A stretch of DNA of 64,000 bases from IMG/VR virus record IMGVR_UViG_3300009709_000023, positions 18,862-82,861 of that record; one strand, 5' to 3'. This document shows, piece after piece, positions 18,567-28,299 of the stretch. Position 1 is the first letter of the stretch; each line of letters begins with the position of its first letter. The position numbers and the translations under genes are program-made. This DNA is from a virus (lineage: Duplodnaviria; Caudoviricetes). A model generated the notes under the pieces. It had not been told where the DNA came from. It made no database searches and was given only the letters and a program-made list of their open reading frames with translations.

Positions 18567-19718
18567 TTAAAGCTTTGCGTGTTCTTCAATAATCAAAGGA
18601 GTGTTTTCTTTGATGTGACCATTCTTTAGAGCTTTGAGTGCATCAAGCTCAGTTTTGAAAGTAACAGGTTTTTGTTCAGAATCTGGTTCAGTCAAATATG
18701 AACTGCCCACAATTGCTTCGTGGCCCGGAGCCATCATTGAAATACCGATACCTTTACGATAATCATACGCATGAGCTTCTGGCAATAACTTTTCACGAGC
18801 TTCATTAATTGCCTCGGGAGTCATAGGCGTGTGAATAGACAAAGCGTCACCATCAAAGTCACCGGAATATAAAGCAAGGTGAAGAGGATTAATACCTAAA
18901 GTTTTGCCTTCGACAGGAACTGGGTAGTGAGCAGTAACGTTTGTACGCATTAATGTAGGCGCACGATTCAGAATTACTGGAATCTGCTTAATTAATTTAT
19001 TAAAAGAATTAACTGCAGCAGGTCCACGACTCTCAATTTCTTTTTTAGCTCGAATCAGATCGAAACCTTGCTGAACTAAATCACGCATAATGTGGTACTC
19101 GTACAGAGTCCACAACATGTCTTTGGGAACAGCTACTTCATTGAAACCAAGATTAGCTTCCGCTCGAATCGTCGCACGGCCTGAGAAGTCTTGTTTACGA
19201 CTCAGAAGTTTGGATTGGAAGTAACCGCCTTTTGGGCCGTACTTACCAGCGATTTGAGCAATGAAACCATTTAAATCTTTACCACGAGCGTATCCACTGA
19301 TTGCATCGCCGAGCCCAAAAATAGCTTTGGCACCATCGTATAGCGCTTTGCGTTCTGGAACAAGAGCGTGGGGTTCCAAGGTGTGCCCTAGCTCTTTCAG
19401 ATTATTATTCACCGACATATGATCTCGGTAGAGATAGTTTACATCGGCAAATTCGATACGGTTACCCCCTGTTTGAACCGGAGGCCGGACAATCGGAGGA
19501 ACAACTGGCATGTGCCTAAGAATGAATGCATGCTCGGGTTTAATACCAAGCTTGCGTAACCCCGCCAGGTATTTCAGACGTTTAACAATGCCATCTTTTT
19601 TCGATTTGGATTTAGTGGATTGGTATTCTTTTTGAAGGTCTTTAATTTGCTTTTCGACATCGATGTCCCCAAGCATAGATTCAAAAGCTAATCCACCAAC
19701 TTTAACTTCGTCTGTCAT
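18567..19718 (-). CDS. rpoC: RNA polymerase beta' subunit, catalytic middle part
   Basis: MPVVPPIVRP, LLSRKQDFSGRATI, LNRAPTL, catalytic GDFDGD. Confidence 0.92.
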   Translation of the reverse strand: MTDEVKVGGLAFESMLGDIDVEKQIKDLQKEYQSTKSKSKKDGIVKRLKYLAGLRKLGIKPEHAFILRHMPVVPPIVRPPVQTGGNRIEFADVNYLYRDHMSVNNNLKELGHTLEPHALVPERKALYDGAKAIFGLGDAISGYARGKDLNGFIAQIAGKYGPKGGYFQSKLLSRKQDFSGRATIRAEANLGFNEVAVPKDMLWTLYEYHIMRDLVQQGFDLIRAKKEIESRGPAAVNSFNKLIKQIPVILNRAPTLMRTNVTAHYPVPVEGKTLGINPLHLALYSGDFDGDALSIHTPMTPEAINEAREKLLPEAHAYDYRKGIGISMMAPGHEAIVGSSYLTEPDSEQKPVTFKTELDALKALKNGHIKENTPLIIEEHAKL

Positions 19719-19954
19719 TAACTATAAACCTCATCAGACAAGTTAGGAGTTGTGTTAGCAGGATTCATGCTATCCGTAATAAACCTTGTCGAACATGTAA
19801 TAGGATGACGGACCGGAATCATTGGTTGTTGAGTGTAGAATGTGTGAACTCCTGGCAAATCGATTGTTGCCATCATATTTACTCTCATCACTCCACTGAT
19901 ATCATCAGTATGCATAACAAAGCGATTGGGGTTAAAAAGTGGGCTAGAGATCAT
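19718..19954 (-). CDS. 78-aa hypothetical protein between RNAP genes
   Basis: Fills the gap between the beta and beta'-middle genes with tight stop/start spacing. Confidence 0.55.
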   Translation of the reverse strand: MISSPLFNPNRFVMHTDDISGVMRVNMMATIDLPGVHTFYTQQPMIPVRHPITCSTRFITDSMNPANTTPNLSDEVYS

Positions 19955-19956
19955 AG

Positions 19957-22900
19957 TTATTCCAAGTGACTGACGTCCAGAGATTCTTCTCCGCCCATCA
20001 GATGATTATCTTCTTCTTCATCCGGCTCATCTTCAATTTCTGTAGAAGCAGCAAGATTAAGAGTTTTAACTAGTTTACCTGATTTAGTATCGACTAGATG
20101 GTATGTACTACCTTTGGCTTTTTTTACGCCCATCGCGCCCGATGTAATCCCATTGAACTCATTCTTGTTTAAACCAAGAAGAGTACGGATTGGCCGTTCG
20201 AAACTAGGATTGGCGATTGGTTCATATAAGGTATAATGAGACCAACGTTGGCCACGAACACCGCCAGTAATAGAGTTATCAAACATACCACCTTTAGATG
20301 GTTCAAGGCCACGTGGAGTTAACATCGTAGAGTCTTTGATTTCACCATTACTCATGCCAACAACTTCATCATCAGTTAAAGGGGCAGCAGTAATTTTACC
20401 ATCTTGCATTTTAGCGTTAATGCCGGAACCCTTCAGGTAGTCAAAGAACTTCTGCGTTGCAAAAGTCATCTTAGGTTTAGGCAGAGGCTGCCCCATGCGG
20501 AATTTTGCCCAGTAATCGGAATTCTCTTCTGATTTAAGCGTTGCAATTTCCCGAAGATTCTTACGGGCGTTAGAACCAAGTAAGCCAAGTACTTCCATGT
20601 AGCCAACAGCTTTCGAGCCCTCTTCACCACCTTTTGTCGGTTGGAGAACATTATCGTATGAACCTGTATTACGGGCTGACCAGTTTTGATCGGTTGTTTT
20701 ATATAGTTTCAAAAAGTACTGCGGACCAGTCAAGATTTTGCCAAGATTCTTATTTGTAGTTGGATCAACCATTTCTTCAGAATCTTCCAAGCCATGAGCC
20801 GCAAGTTCATTTTTCATATCCTGAATATTATTTTTTTTACTGAAGTTATGCAGATAATACGGTTTCCCAGTTTTCTGAGCAATCTTTGCTGCTGCAGTCT
20901 CCATAAGCTGCCCCAGGTTAATACGAGAAGTAACTGAGGCTGGATTCAAAAGAATATCAGCAGGCTTACCAGACGCTACATTGTAAGGCATCTTATCGTC
21001 AGGGAGAATCAAGGATACAATACCTTTGTTACCATGAAGACCAGTCAGTTTATCACCTACTTCAAGCGGTTTAACAGAGCGAAGAATAATACGGTAGTCT
21101 TTACCTTCGGTGTGAGTATCAACAACCTCTCCGTTCTCATCATGAGTCCAATATTCGACTACACACCGGTAAGGGGAAACCAATGTTTTGTGTAAACGAC
21201 CGAGGATCAAATCTTCAGCACTTGGTTCACGTTTTTCAAGAACAACATAAACAGGATCCCCATGATGCAAAATAGCACCGACTTTGGCAAAACCTTTATC
21301 ATCCAGGTTATCAAGCTGTGCCCGAGAAAATCGGTTAGGGAATAGAGATCTAACTTGAGCTTTCTTCATGATTACACCGTCTTGGACAGCGTAGTCAACC
21401 TTGTATGCGTGATGACTTTTAAGACCATCAGCACAAGATTGAGAAATAACTAAACCGTCCTCATGGTTATAGCCCCGATATGGCATATAAGCAACATTAA
21501 GGTTTTTACCAAGAGAGAGAACGCCATTTTTCGTGTAGTTGGAATCCAAAAGATCTTGTCCTGCCTTAACTGTATCCCCTTCTTTCACTAGAGGTTCAGC
21601 AAGATCCAGGAAGCCTTTAGCATTGAACGGTAAGTTACGAACAACTTCATGTTTGTGGACTTTGCCATTCTCATCTTTGATATGAATTTGATTTGGGGTA
21701 ACTTTGGTTACCGTACCATTAGTAGGAGACAAAGGAGTAATAATTTTCCCAACCCAACGTACATAAGGAAGTCCGGCCTTGTTTACAGTCTGAACAAGAG
21801 GCTGTTCACGATCAACTAAGGACAGTGCTTGGGTCAGTGCCTTTGACGCCATGGAGAGGCGGCCAGGGTGATTACTATTGATGAAGGGAACCATATTCGT
21901 CGTAATTGTATACAACGAAGTTGCATCATTTAACCAATAATCGACATCTTGTCGTGGGACCATTTTGAAATGACCTTTGACTTGAGCATGGACTATTTTG
22001 TCGTTTTCCTGATTTGGAAATCCGATGGTGTGAGACATCATTTCACCAACGCTTAACCACATACCTTTACCGGTTTTATCAACGACACGAGCGTAGAGAT
22101 TACCTTCTTTATCACGACCTGACGATAAAGTAAAACGTTGATCAATACCAGCACTTCCGGATTCAGGAGTACGGTTAGGGTCGATAATACCCAGGTGAGA
22201 AGGGTCAATGTCACGAGCAGTAAGTGGCACACCTTCAGGCGATGCAATACCACCTTCATCAGGACCCATGACCGTGACCTTACCAACAGACTCAATACTT
22301 TCCAGAGGGTTAGTTTCCGAAAGCGTTGAAACGAGCGTAGATTGAAGCAAATAATTAGAAAGGAATTTATTGTAAGGCTTTGGAGCGATGACCGAACGAA
22401 GCTTTGGCTTTTCCTTATCCATTTTCTCCAATTGATAAGCAAGTTTAGAATTCAACTGCTTGACCATTTGGTGCTTCTCAAAACGTGTGTTGAGATAGTC
22501 CGGGAGACTCTGAACCTTTTTGAACTGGAGAGAATCTCGGTTATCCTCTGGACGTTTACCAGAGTGTGTATCAGCTAGATTCTTCATAGCTAATAACAAA
22601 GTTTCGCCTGTGACATGGGTGAAATCTTTACCCAATGTAATATTGGTTGTTTGGGGAGCCAATGTAGAATTCTGCAATGCTTGTTTGAGTTCTACAATCA
22701 CTTCCTCCGGGGAAGGGTTTGGCTTTTGCAATGACCTATTAACAAGTCGAGTATACAAAGACTGAAGAATTTTATCTTCCTTGCCTTTCGTTGCCGCTAC
22801 GTTCGCTTCCCAAAGAGCGGGAGAAAAATACTTTTCGGCTTCTTTGGGCCCAATGCCAAATACTTTGGTCAGAAGGGGGGCAACTGGGACATAAGACGAC

Positions 22901-23403
22901 TTGATATTGAGGTTGAATAACAACTTCTCGGGATCAAGAGTAATGTAAAAACTTTGGCCTTTAGCCGTGTTGAAGTGAGATTCGAGTACGCCAGTTGGAC
23001 GTCGACGTGTGTAAACGCCCGGCCGGAGCTGAAGCATGTTTGAAACGTTATAGTTATTGCCTTTATACACAAGGGTATGTTTGCCGGTATACGAAAAAGA
23101 ATCCATTAATGCGAAGTTTTTTTCCTCATCTACCAATTTGCCGGTAGCTTTATCGTAAAGTCTCAAGTCACCTCGAATAGGGTACGTCAAACTCTTTGAA
23201 CGAAGAATAGCGTCTTTTTCATCAAGCTGACTGAAATGCTTCTCGTCAGGGTGAACATTGGTAAGTTCAAGCCGATAGTTTTTGGTTTCAATCGGGAATT
23301 GTTTCTGAAGGCCTTCGACAAGGGCCTCATCCTTTTTCGCATTCAGAGAATCCGGAGATGTAAAAATAGGAGTAACATCCAGAGAATTTAACGGCTGTGG
23401 CAT
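19957..23403 (-). CDS. rpoB: RNA polymerase beta subunit fused to the beta' N-terminal segment
   Basis: TPESG, GYNHEDG, GDKLTGLHGNKG, NPASVTSRINLGQ, GPQYFLKL, ARNTGSY..QPTKGG, GYMEV; tail GGMFDNSITGG...WSHYTLYEPIANP resembles the beta' N-terminus. Confidence 0.92.
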   Translation of the reverse strand: MPQPLNSLDVTPIFTSPDSLNAKKDEALVEGLQKQFPIETKNYRLELTNVHPDEKHFSQLDEKDAILRSKSLTYPIRGDLRLYDKATGKLVDEEKNFALMDSFSYTGKHTLVYKGNNYNVSNMLQLRPGVYTRRRPTGVLESHFNTAKGQSFYITLDPEKLLFNLNIKSSYVPVAPLLTKVFGIGPKEAEKYFSPALWEANVAATKGKEDKILQSLYTRLVNRSLQKPNPSPEEVIVELKQALQNSTLAPQTTNITLGKDFTHVTGETLLLAMKNLADTHSGKRPEDNRDSLQFKKVQSLPDYLNTRFEKHQMVKQLNSKLAYQLEKMDKEKPKLRSVIAPKPYNKFLSNYLLQSTLVSTLSETNPLESIESVGKVTVMGPDEGGIASPEGVPLTARDIDPSHLGIIDPNRTPESGSAGIDQRFTLSSGRDKEGNLYARVVDKTGKGMWLSVGEMMSHTIGFPNQENDKIVHAQVKGHFKMVPRQDVDYWLNDATSLYTITTNMVPFINSNHPGRLSMASKALTQALSLVDREQPLVQTVNKAGLPYVRWVGKIITPLSPTNGTVTKVTPNQIHIKDENGKVHKHEVVRNLPFNAKGFLDLAEPLVKEGDTVKAGQDLLDSNYTKNGVLSLGKNLNVAYMPYRGYNHEDGLVISQSCADGLKSHHAYKVDYAVQDGVIMKKAQVRSLFPNRFSRAQLDNLDDKGFAKVGAILHHGDPVYVVLEKREPSAEDLILGRLHKTLVSPYRCVVEYWTHDENGEVVDTHTEGKDYRIILRSVKPLEVGDKLTGLHGNKGIVSLILPDDKMPYNVASGKPADILLNPASVTSRINLGQLMETAAAKIAQKTGKPYYLHNFSKKNNIQDMKNELAAHGLEDSEEMVDPTTNKNLGKILTGPQYFLKLYKTTDQNWSARNTGSYDNVLQPTKGGEEGSKAVGYMEVLGLLGSNARKNLREIATLKSEENSDYWAKFRMGQPLPKPKMTFATQKFFDYLKGSGINAKMQDGKITAAPLTDDEVVGMSNGEIKDSTMLTPRGLEPSKGGMFDNSITGGVRGQRWSHYTLYEPIANPSFERPIRTLLGLNKNEFNGITSGAMGVKKAKGSTYHLVDTKSGKLVKTLNLAASTEIEDEPDEEEDNHLMGGEESLDVSHLE

Positions 23404-23675
23404 TACCGGCTGACCTTTTCCATATACTTTATTACAACAAAATACTGATCCATGAATATATACTTATCCGTAGATAGGAGTACGATGCCATCATTACGTA
23501 TACCTCTTGTTTCTAAATCCGAAAGATCTGCTCGTTCAATATCGTCAGCTAGATTTGCTTTGAAATAACGTATGGCATATTTATTGACATCAAAATCTTC
23601 AGCAGTAGAAAAACTACCTACCGAAGGCATCATTGGAAGTTCTACTGCTTGGCTAAAAGGGTCTCGTGCGTTCAT
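23403..23675 (-). CDS. Hypothetical protein
   Basis: Stop overlaps the beta start; TAAAATAC motif 4 nt upstream. Confidence 0.6.
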   Translation of the reverse strand: MNARDPFSQAVELPMMPSVGSFSTAEDFDVNKYAIRYFKANLADDIERADLSDLETRGIRNDGIVLLSTDKYIFMDQYFVVIKYMEKVSR

Positions 23676-23684
23676 CTTTGTATT

Positions 23685-24401
23685 TTAGGCTAGGTTAATC
23701 TCATCCCAAAAACTAGTATAGTCTTCATGCCTATACCTATCAGGGTCAAACTTATTGCTCTTTGTCAAATTTTCTGATGCCGTCACTATTCTCAGATTAA
23801 AGTGATTGTGTAACCCACACACCAAAGGATGTTTAAGTGGCAAAATATGGTCTGCATGGTATGTAGTTTTTGATTCTTTGTTGAGTAATTTAATTTTTTT
23901 AAAAATTTGTCTGAGAATCTTCTTATCTGCCCACCTGCACTGAGTGGTGCGTTTAAGAGCTTCTCTACATGCATTATGTACTGTAAATGCAAGAGGATTT
24001 TCTTTGTACTTCTCTTTGTACCTTAGTCTAACTTCTTCTGAAGAATAGTATTCTTTCCTATATTCTCTAAGCTTTGTATAATTTTTTTCATTATACTCAC
24101 GAAAATACTCCTTTACTTTTTCTTTGTTAAATTGACGCCATTCTAGTTTGGCTTTAGAAAGGACCTCTTTATTTTCGGTACGATACTTTTTTTGATATTC
24201 TTTATAAGAAGTCCTTTCTTGGTACTCTTTCATATATTCCGCTCGTTCATTTTTATGAGATTTAGCCCAAGCTTTGCTACAATCCACACATGTAGTAGAA
24301 CTTGCGTACCTCTCTGAAAAATGACCATTTTTGCAAGGCTTGCCAGTATAATAAACTTTTAAGCCCTGCTCTTTAGCGTCTTTTCTACTAATGACTTCCA
24401 T
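23685..24401 (-). CDS. HNH homing endonuclease
   Basis: YYTGKPCKNGH...CVDC; YHADHILPL...VCGLHNHFN. Confidence 0.85.
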   Translation of the reverse strand: MEVISRKDAKEQGLKVYYTGKPCKNGHFSERYASSTTCVDCSKAWAKSHKNERAEYMKEYQERTSYKEYQKKYRTENKEVLSKAKLEWRQFNKEKVKEYFREYNEKNYTKLREYRKEYYSSEEVRLRYKEKYKENPLAFTVHNACREALKRTTQCRWADKKILRQIFKKIKLLNKESKTTYHADHILPLKHPLVCGLHNHFNLRIVTASENLTKSNKFDPDRYRHEDYTSFWDEINLA

Positions 24402-24419
24402 ACAACACCAAGCTAAAAA

Positions 24420-26288
24420 TTAAACAACAGGACCAGTCATACCGCCAGAACCTCCTGGAGGTACGCCACCCTGATCGGGATTAGAGTTATCAGACTCCAT
24501 TGTACCAGCATCCCCCCCGTCTTGTCCACCTTGTTGTGCATTGGGATCGCTAGGATCCTGGCCTGGTTGGGCACCGGCTGCTTGCTGCATAGCCATCTCC
24601 GCTGAACGAGCTTCGCTTTCTTCTTGCAATAATTTAGCAACCAGGAGATACATAGCATAGTCTTGAATCTTAAGTTGATTAAGAACTTGACGTTTAGTAC
24701 TTTCATCAGCGCTAAACAACTCTTCAGCAATCTGTTGAGCCTTTTGCAGTGCAGTCTTATAATCGTTATTCTTGTCAAAATTATCAGCGAGTTTTTTGGC
24801 AGCTAAGAAGCTTGCTTGTTCAACCTTAAGCTGAGTTTCAATCTGAGTTGTTGATGTGTCCACTGCTTCTTGACTGATCTTATCAAGCTCATCCCTGTAG
24901 TCTTCTCCAAAACTTTCAAACAATGTTGTGTAAGAAGCCTTACCTTGCGTAACAGCCGCCATAAGCATTTGTTGAAAATTAGTGTCGTCGCTAAGGCGGA
25001 ATGGTGCTAAAGTCACCTGGATATCCTCCCAACCCATATAACCAGAAATCTTACTTACAATCCATTGGATGAAGCCTTCAATTTGCCCTGTGTAGCATTG
25101 GAGAGTGTTTTCAAGCAAACGAAGACCAACTGTGGAACTTGTCCAGTTTGTTTGGCCAGAAAGCAGTTCTTCAGAAACACCAAGACTTAGGAGAATGCTA
25201 CGGTCAGCCGCTTCAATCTCTGCTGAAACAAGAAGCGTTTTACCTTCCCCGGAAATAGTTTGATAGCCAATAGGAATTGGGGCTACAACAACGTGATTTC
25301 TATCTTGTTTATGGCGAACGACGTTTTGCTGCATGTGAGCAACAAAACTTTTTAGACTCATTTGGACGCTAGGATCTGAATTACCTGTTTGTGCCTGAGG
25401 GAAAATAACACGCATCGGACTCATAAAGTCTGTAGCAATGCTTTCATTAGCCCGACGTAGTGTTGCTTGGTAGAAAACTAAATTGAACAGAGAAATCAGC
25501 GGAGGAACAGCAATGCCATTAATAACTTGACCGGTCGAGATGTTGCGTAAATGATAGATCGCATCTTTTGCAAATTCAAAATCTTGCTGATTCTGAATAC
25601 ACTCTATAAATTCCCAAGGAACAGAATCAACGAACAAACGGTCTCCCATCTGAACTCGACGTTTTACGTCATTCGGAATTTTATAGTAGTACTTGAACTC
25701 ACCAGTGATGGGATTGTTATTCACTACAATGTTCAATGGATCCCATTTGATAATATTCATATCAGCGACATTCATTGATTTACGATCATGGCGTTCAAAA
25801 ACCCCACTCCAATGACATTGAGGACATTCTCCAGTAAAACTAAATTTTGAAAATTTTAGAAAATGGGCGGTCTTAGCTTGATATCTTCCCTGACAATTCC
25901 TACATACCAGTTCTCGATGGATTGGAGTGTATAGGGATAAGAATACATTTCCAATAGAATGATATTCAAATCCAATATCATGAAGCACACTTTTCATCTT
26001 CATAGTTTCGAAAAGATTCGAATAAAGATTTTTAGAAGCTTCATTATCTGTTTCGTAGACAAAATCGGTGATTGGATACGTTGAGTACTTTCTCAGTACC
26101 TCCGTCGTAACCGGTGACTGCATGGTAATGTACCGTGCCCAACGAATAACGTCGTGAAGGTTCCGTGGAAGAAACTGATTGGCAATGGTAAAGAACGGAG
26201 ACGAAGTCGGAGCATAGTTTCCGCTCAATGGAATACCCGGCATTCCAGGTACTAAAGGCGGTTGCAAAGACATCTGAGAAGGATTCAT
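24420..26288 (-). CDS. Putative portal protein with inserted C-x2-C...C-x2-C element
   Basis: Size, N-terminal IRWARY...SPVTTEVLRKYSTYPITDF pattern, helical body, Q/G/P-rich tail. No search was run. Confidence 0.45.
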   Translation of the reverse strand: MNPSQMSLQPPLVPGMPGIPLSGNYAPTSSPFFTIANQFLPRNLHDVIRWARYITMQSPVTTEVLRKYSTYPITDFVYETDNEASKNLYSNLFETMKMKSVLHDIGFEYHSIGNVFLSLYTPIHRELVCRNCQGRYQAKTAHFLKFSKFSFTGECPQCHWSGVFERHDRKSMNVADMNIIKWDPLNIVVNNNPITGEFKYYYKIPNDVKRRVQMGDRLFVDSVPWEFIECIQNQQDFEFAKDAIYHLRNISTGQVINGIAVPPLISLFNLVFYQATLRRANESIATDFMSPMRVIFPQAQTGNSDPSVQMSLKSFVAHMQQNVVRHKQDRNHVVVAPIPIGYQTISGEGKTLLVSAEIEAADRSILLSLGVSEELLSGQTNWTSSTVGLRLLENTLQCYTGQIEGFIQWIVSKISGYMGWEDIQVTLAPFRLSDDTNFQQMLMAAVTQGKASYTTLFESFGEDYRDELDKISQEAVDTSTTQIETQLKVEQASFLAAKKLADNFDKNNDYKTALQKAQQIAEELFSADESTKRQVLNQLKIQDYAMYLLVAKLLQEESEARSAEMAMQQAAGAQPGQDPSDPNAQQGGQDGGDAGTMESDNSNPDQGGVPPGGSGGMTGPVV

Positions 26289-26431
26289 AGTATTTTACTA
26301 AAGGTTAGCATTGTAATTTTAGCAGAGCGATCCTTATAAGTCAATGTTAAGGCAGTGTAAATTGGTATAAGTATTATGGAAATAGACAAGGGGAATTTCC
26401 ATCAACCAGACTATTTCAGGAGAATTACTAT

Positions 26432-26881
26432 ATGCCTAAAATGGCCCCCCAGCTTTCAAGGTTTAAAAATAAAGAAGTACGAGCCAGAAAGAATTCAGAA
26501 GCAACGGATTCTGGCCGTAAAAAATCCGCTTTCGTGCAATCAGGAAAGCCAGTCAATTTTGGACCAGGATGGGAGAAAAAAGAACAAGAACAGCGGGAAC
26601 GAAAATGGAAGAACAATAGGACAAGAACTCCTCGAAGTCCTTTTATGACCCAACGCGGCGCTAAAAATCTCGACTTGCGACGCGAGGCATCTTTGGCAAG
26701 AGCTGAAGAGCAACTGCGCGCCCAGACAGATTCTGTAGTAGAAGTTGATGTAGAAGTACCAACGGTGCCAGTTATCGAAGCGCAAAAATCAGCGCTTTCT
26801 AAATTGGCGGATATGGCTGAATCATCCCTAGGGTTAGTTGCGGCGGGGATTACCGGTCGGTTTTTGCGTAAGAAACGTTAG
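26432..26881 (+). CDS. Basic hypothetical protein
   Basis: AGGAG RBS after TGGTATAAGT; R/K-rich with a C-terminal hydrophobic stretch. Confidence 0.6.
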   Translation: MPKMAPQLSRFKNKEVRARKNSEATDSGRKKSAFVQSGKPVNFGPGWEKKEQEQRERKWKNNRTRTPRSPFMTQRGAKNLDLRREASLARAEEQLRAQTDSVVEVDVEVPTVPVIEAQKSALSKLADMAESSLGLVAAGITGRFLRKKR

Positions 26882-26889
26882 GAGGGTAT

Positions 26890-27105
26890 ATGGGGTACTA
26901 CGCTCGTCGAGATAAGCGAAAAGAAACCTTGAAAAGACGGCTTGCGATGTTGTCTGAACAAGTGGCAGCCGAGCAAGACCCGCTAGTGAAATTCACCAAC
27001 AATGCCAAGGATATCATTGTCTTGACATTGACGGTCGCGGCTGCGCTGATTGCGGTTAGTGCTCTCCAACGTGCTTTTTGGGTGGGGTTTCGAACAGACA
27101 CCTAG
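26890..27105 (+). CDS. Small membrane protein
   Basis: GGAGG RBS; IIVLTLTVAAALIAVSAL. Confidence 0.6.
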   Translation: MGYYARRDKRKETLKRRLAMLSEQVAAEQDPLVKFTNNAKDIIVLTLTVAAALIAVSALQRAFWVGFRTDT

Positions 27106-27114
27106 GGATCCATC

Positions 27115-27348
27115 GTGAAAAAGAAAAAACTGTACGATGTTACCGACGTTGAATTCGAAGAGCTACATCGATATCGGCCAGACTCTAGAGCCAGAACTCT
27201 TTCCCCTGTTGAAATAAAACCTAGTCTGAAAAACTTCATTAAGTTTACAGGCCGGGTTTTATACTACGGTGTAGTAGGGATAGGCCTGGTTATAAAGTTT
27301 GGCCGAGTTGGAAAATCAGTTAGAGGTAGCTCCAGAAATAAGCGTTAG
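27115..27348 (+). CDS. Small membrane-associated protein
   Basis: Operon packing; VLYYGVVGIGLVI. Confidence 0.5.
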   Translation: MKKKKLYDVTDVEFEELHRYRPDSRARTLSPVEIKPSLKNFIKFTGRVLYYGVVGIGLVIKFGRVGKSVRGSSRNKR

Positions 27349-27451
27349 TAAATCAAGACTTGAAATTGGTATAAGTAAAGTAAGCGGAGAAAATAGATTT
27401 ATCTAGAGTATTCCGTGTTTATTAATTCATTCCTGATAAAGGGGAAGTTCC

Positions 27452-27754
27452 ATGGAAAACGCAGCAAACGATCAACCTTTGAGCGCAGCAGAAGCAGGAA
27501 ACCAATCGGCGGCAGCGGCGATCCAAGCGGCCGAAGCCCAAAAAGTACTGCGCAACGAAAAGATCAAGGAAACCCTGATTTCGACGGCGAAGGTGGCAGG
27601 ACAGGCGGCTCTCACTATCGTCTCGGCAGCGGTGTTCGGTTACGTCCTGGGTGCTACTCTCCGCAGCGCAACCAACGCCGGCGAAAAGCGTACGGCGGAA
27701 GAAGTTTCGGACGACCCGACAACGGTCATCGAAGCCGATGTTGTGACGATGTAA
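27452..27754 (+). CDS. Small membrane protein
   Basis: After TGGTATAAGT at 27367; AALTIVSAAVFGYVLGA. Confidence 0.6.
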   Translation: MENAANDQPLSAAEAGNQSAAAAIQAAEAQKVLRNEKIKETLISTAKVAGQAALTIVSAAVFGYVLGATLRSATNAGEKRTAEEVSDDPTTVIEADVVTM

Positions 27755-27821
27755 CCTTACAGGGGGCTCAGGACTGGAAGATCCTCGGCCCCCGCGTTCA
27801 CCATGCCGGGGGTACCTTTTA

Positions 27822-28244
27822 ATGTCAGAACTTCAAACTCACGAACCAGGTTTCGAATCAGATATTGCTTTGAAACTTGGAAAAGTTCGTCCTCAGATTA
27901 AAGTAGTGGCAGACGCAACACGACAGAATACAGATATTACCGAGGACACGCTGCCCCAGCCCGAGCGGACTGGACGCAGGGAGGAGCGTGAGCAGAGGGA
28001 AGTAAGGGAGCCTGTAGTACGGATAACGGAAAACGAAAAAGGTGATTTGACGATCTCAGTTCCTCCATCCATGGATGAGGCAAAGAAGATCGCAGCAGAA
28101 GTTCCTAGGGCTCAGAGGGCCGCGACGAGACAGAAATACACGAGCATGGTTGCTGATGTTGCTATTACGACATTAATGGTGGCATCAAGTATCGTGCTAC
28201 TTGCATTCGCAGCAAAAGGTTTATCTTCTACCCGGGAAGACTAA
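27822..28244 (+). CDS. C-terminally anchored hypothetical protein
   Basis: VAITTLMVASSIVLLAFAA near the C-terminus; followed by a terminator-like hairpin (about 28252-28284). Confidence 0.6.
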   Translation: MSELQTHEPGFESDIALKLGKVRPQIKVVADATRQNTDITEDTLPQPERTGRREEREQREVREPVVRITENEKGDLTISVPPSMDEAKKIAAEVPRAQRAATRQKYTSMVADVAITTLMVASSIVLLAFAAKGLSSTRED

Positions 28245-28299
28245 ACTAGGGATCGAGAGGCTTTACTGGCTTCTCGATTTTTTTAGCCATGGAACATCA

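Noticed and set aside
8201-23403. Inteins or group I introns explaining the RNAP split
   Set aside because: No intein C/S...HN termini are seen, each piece has its own start and stop, and the beta' pieces are separated by an opposite-strand operon. The structured region at 18206-18555 has its GNRA loops on the opposite strand.
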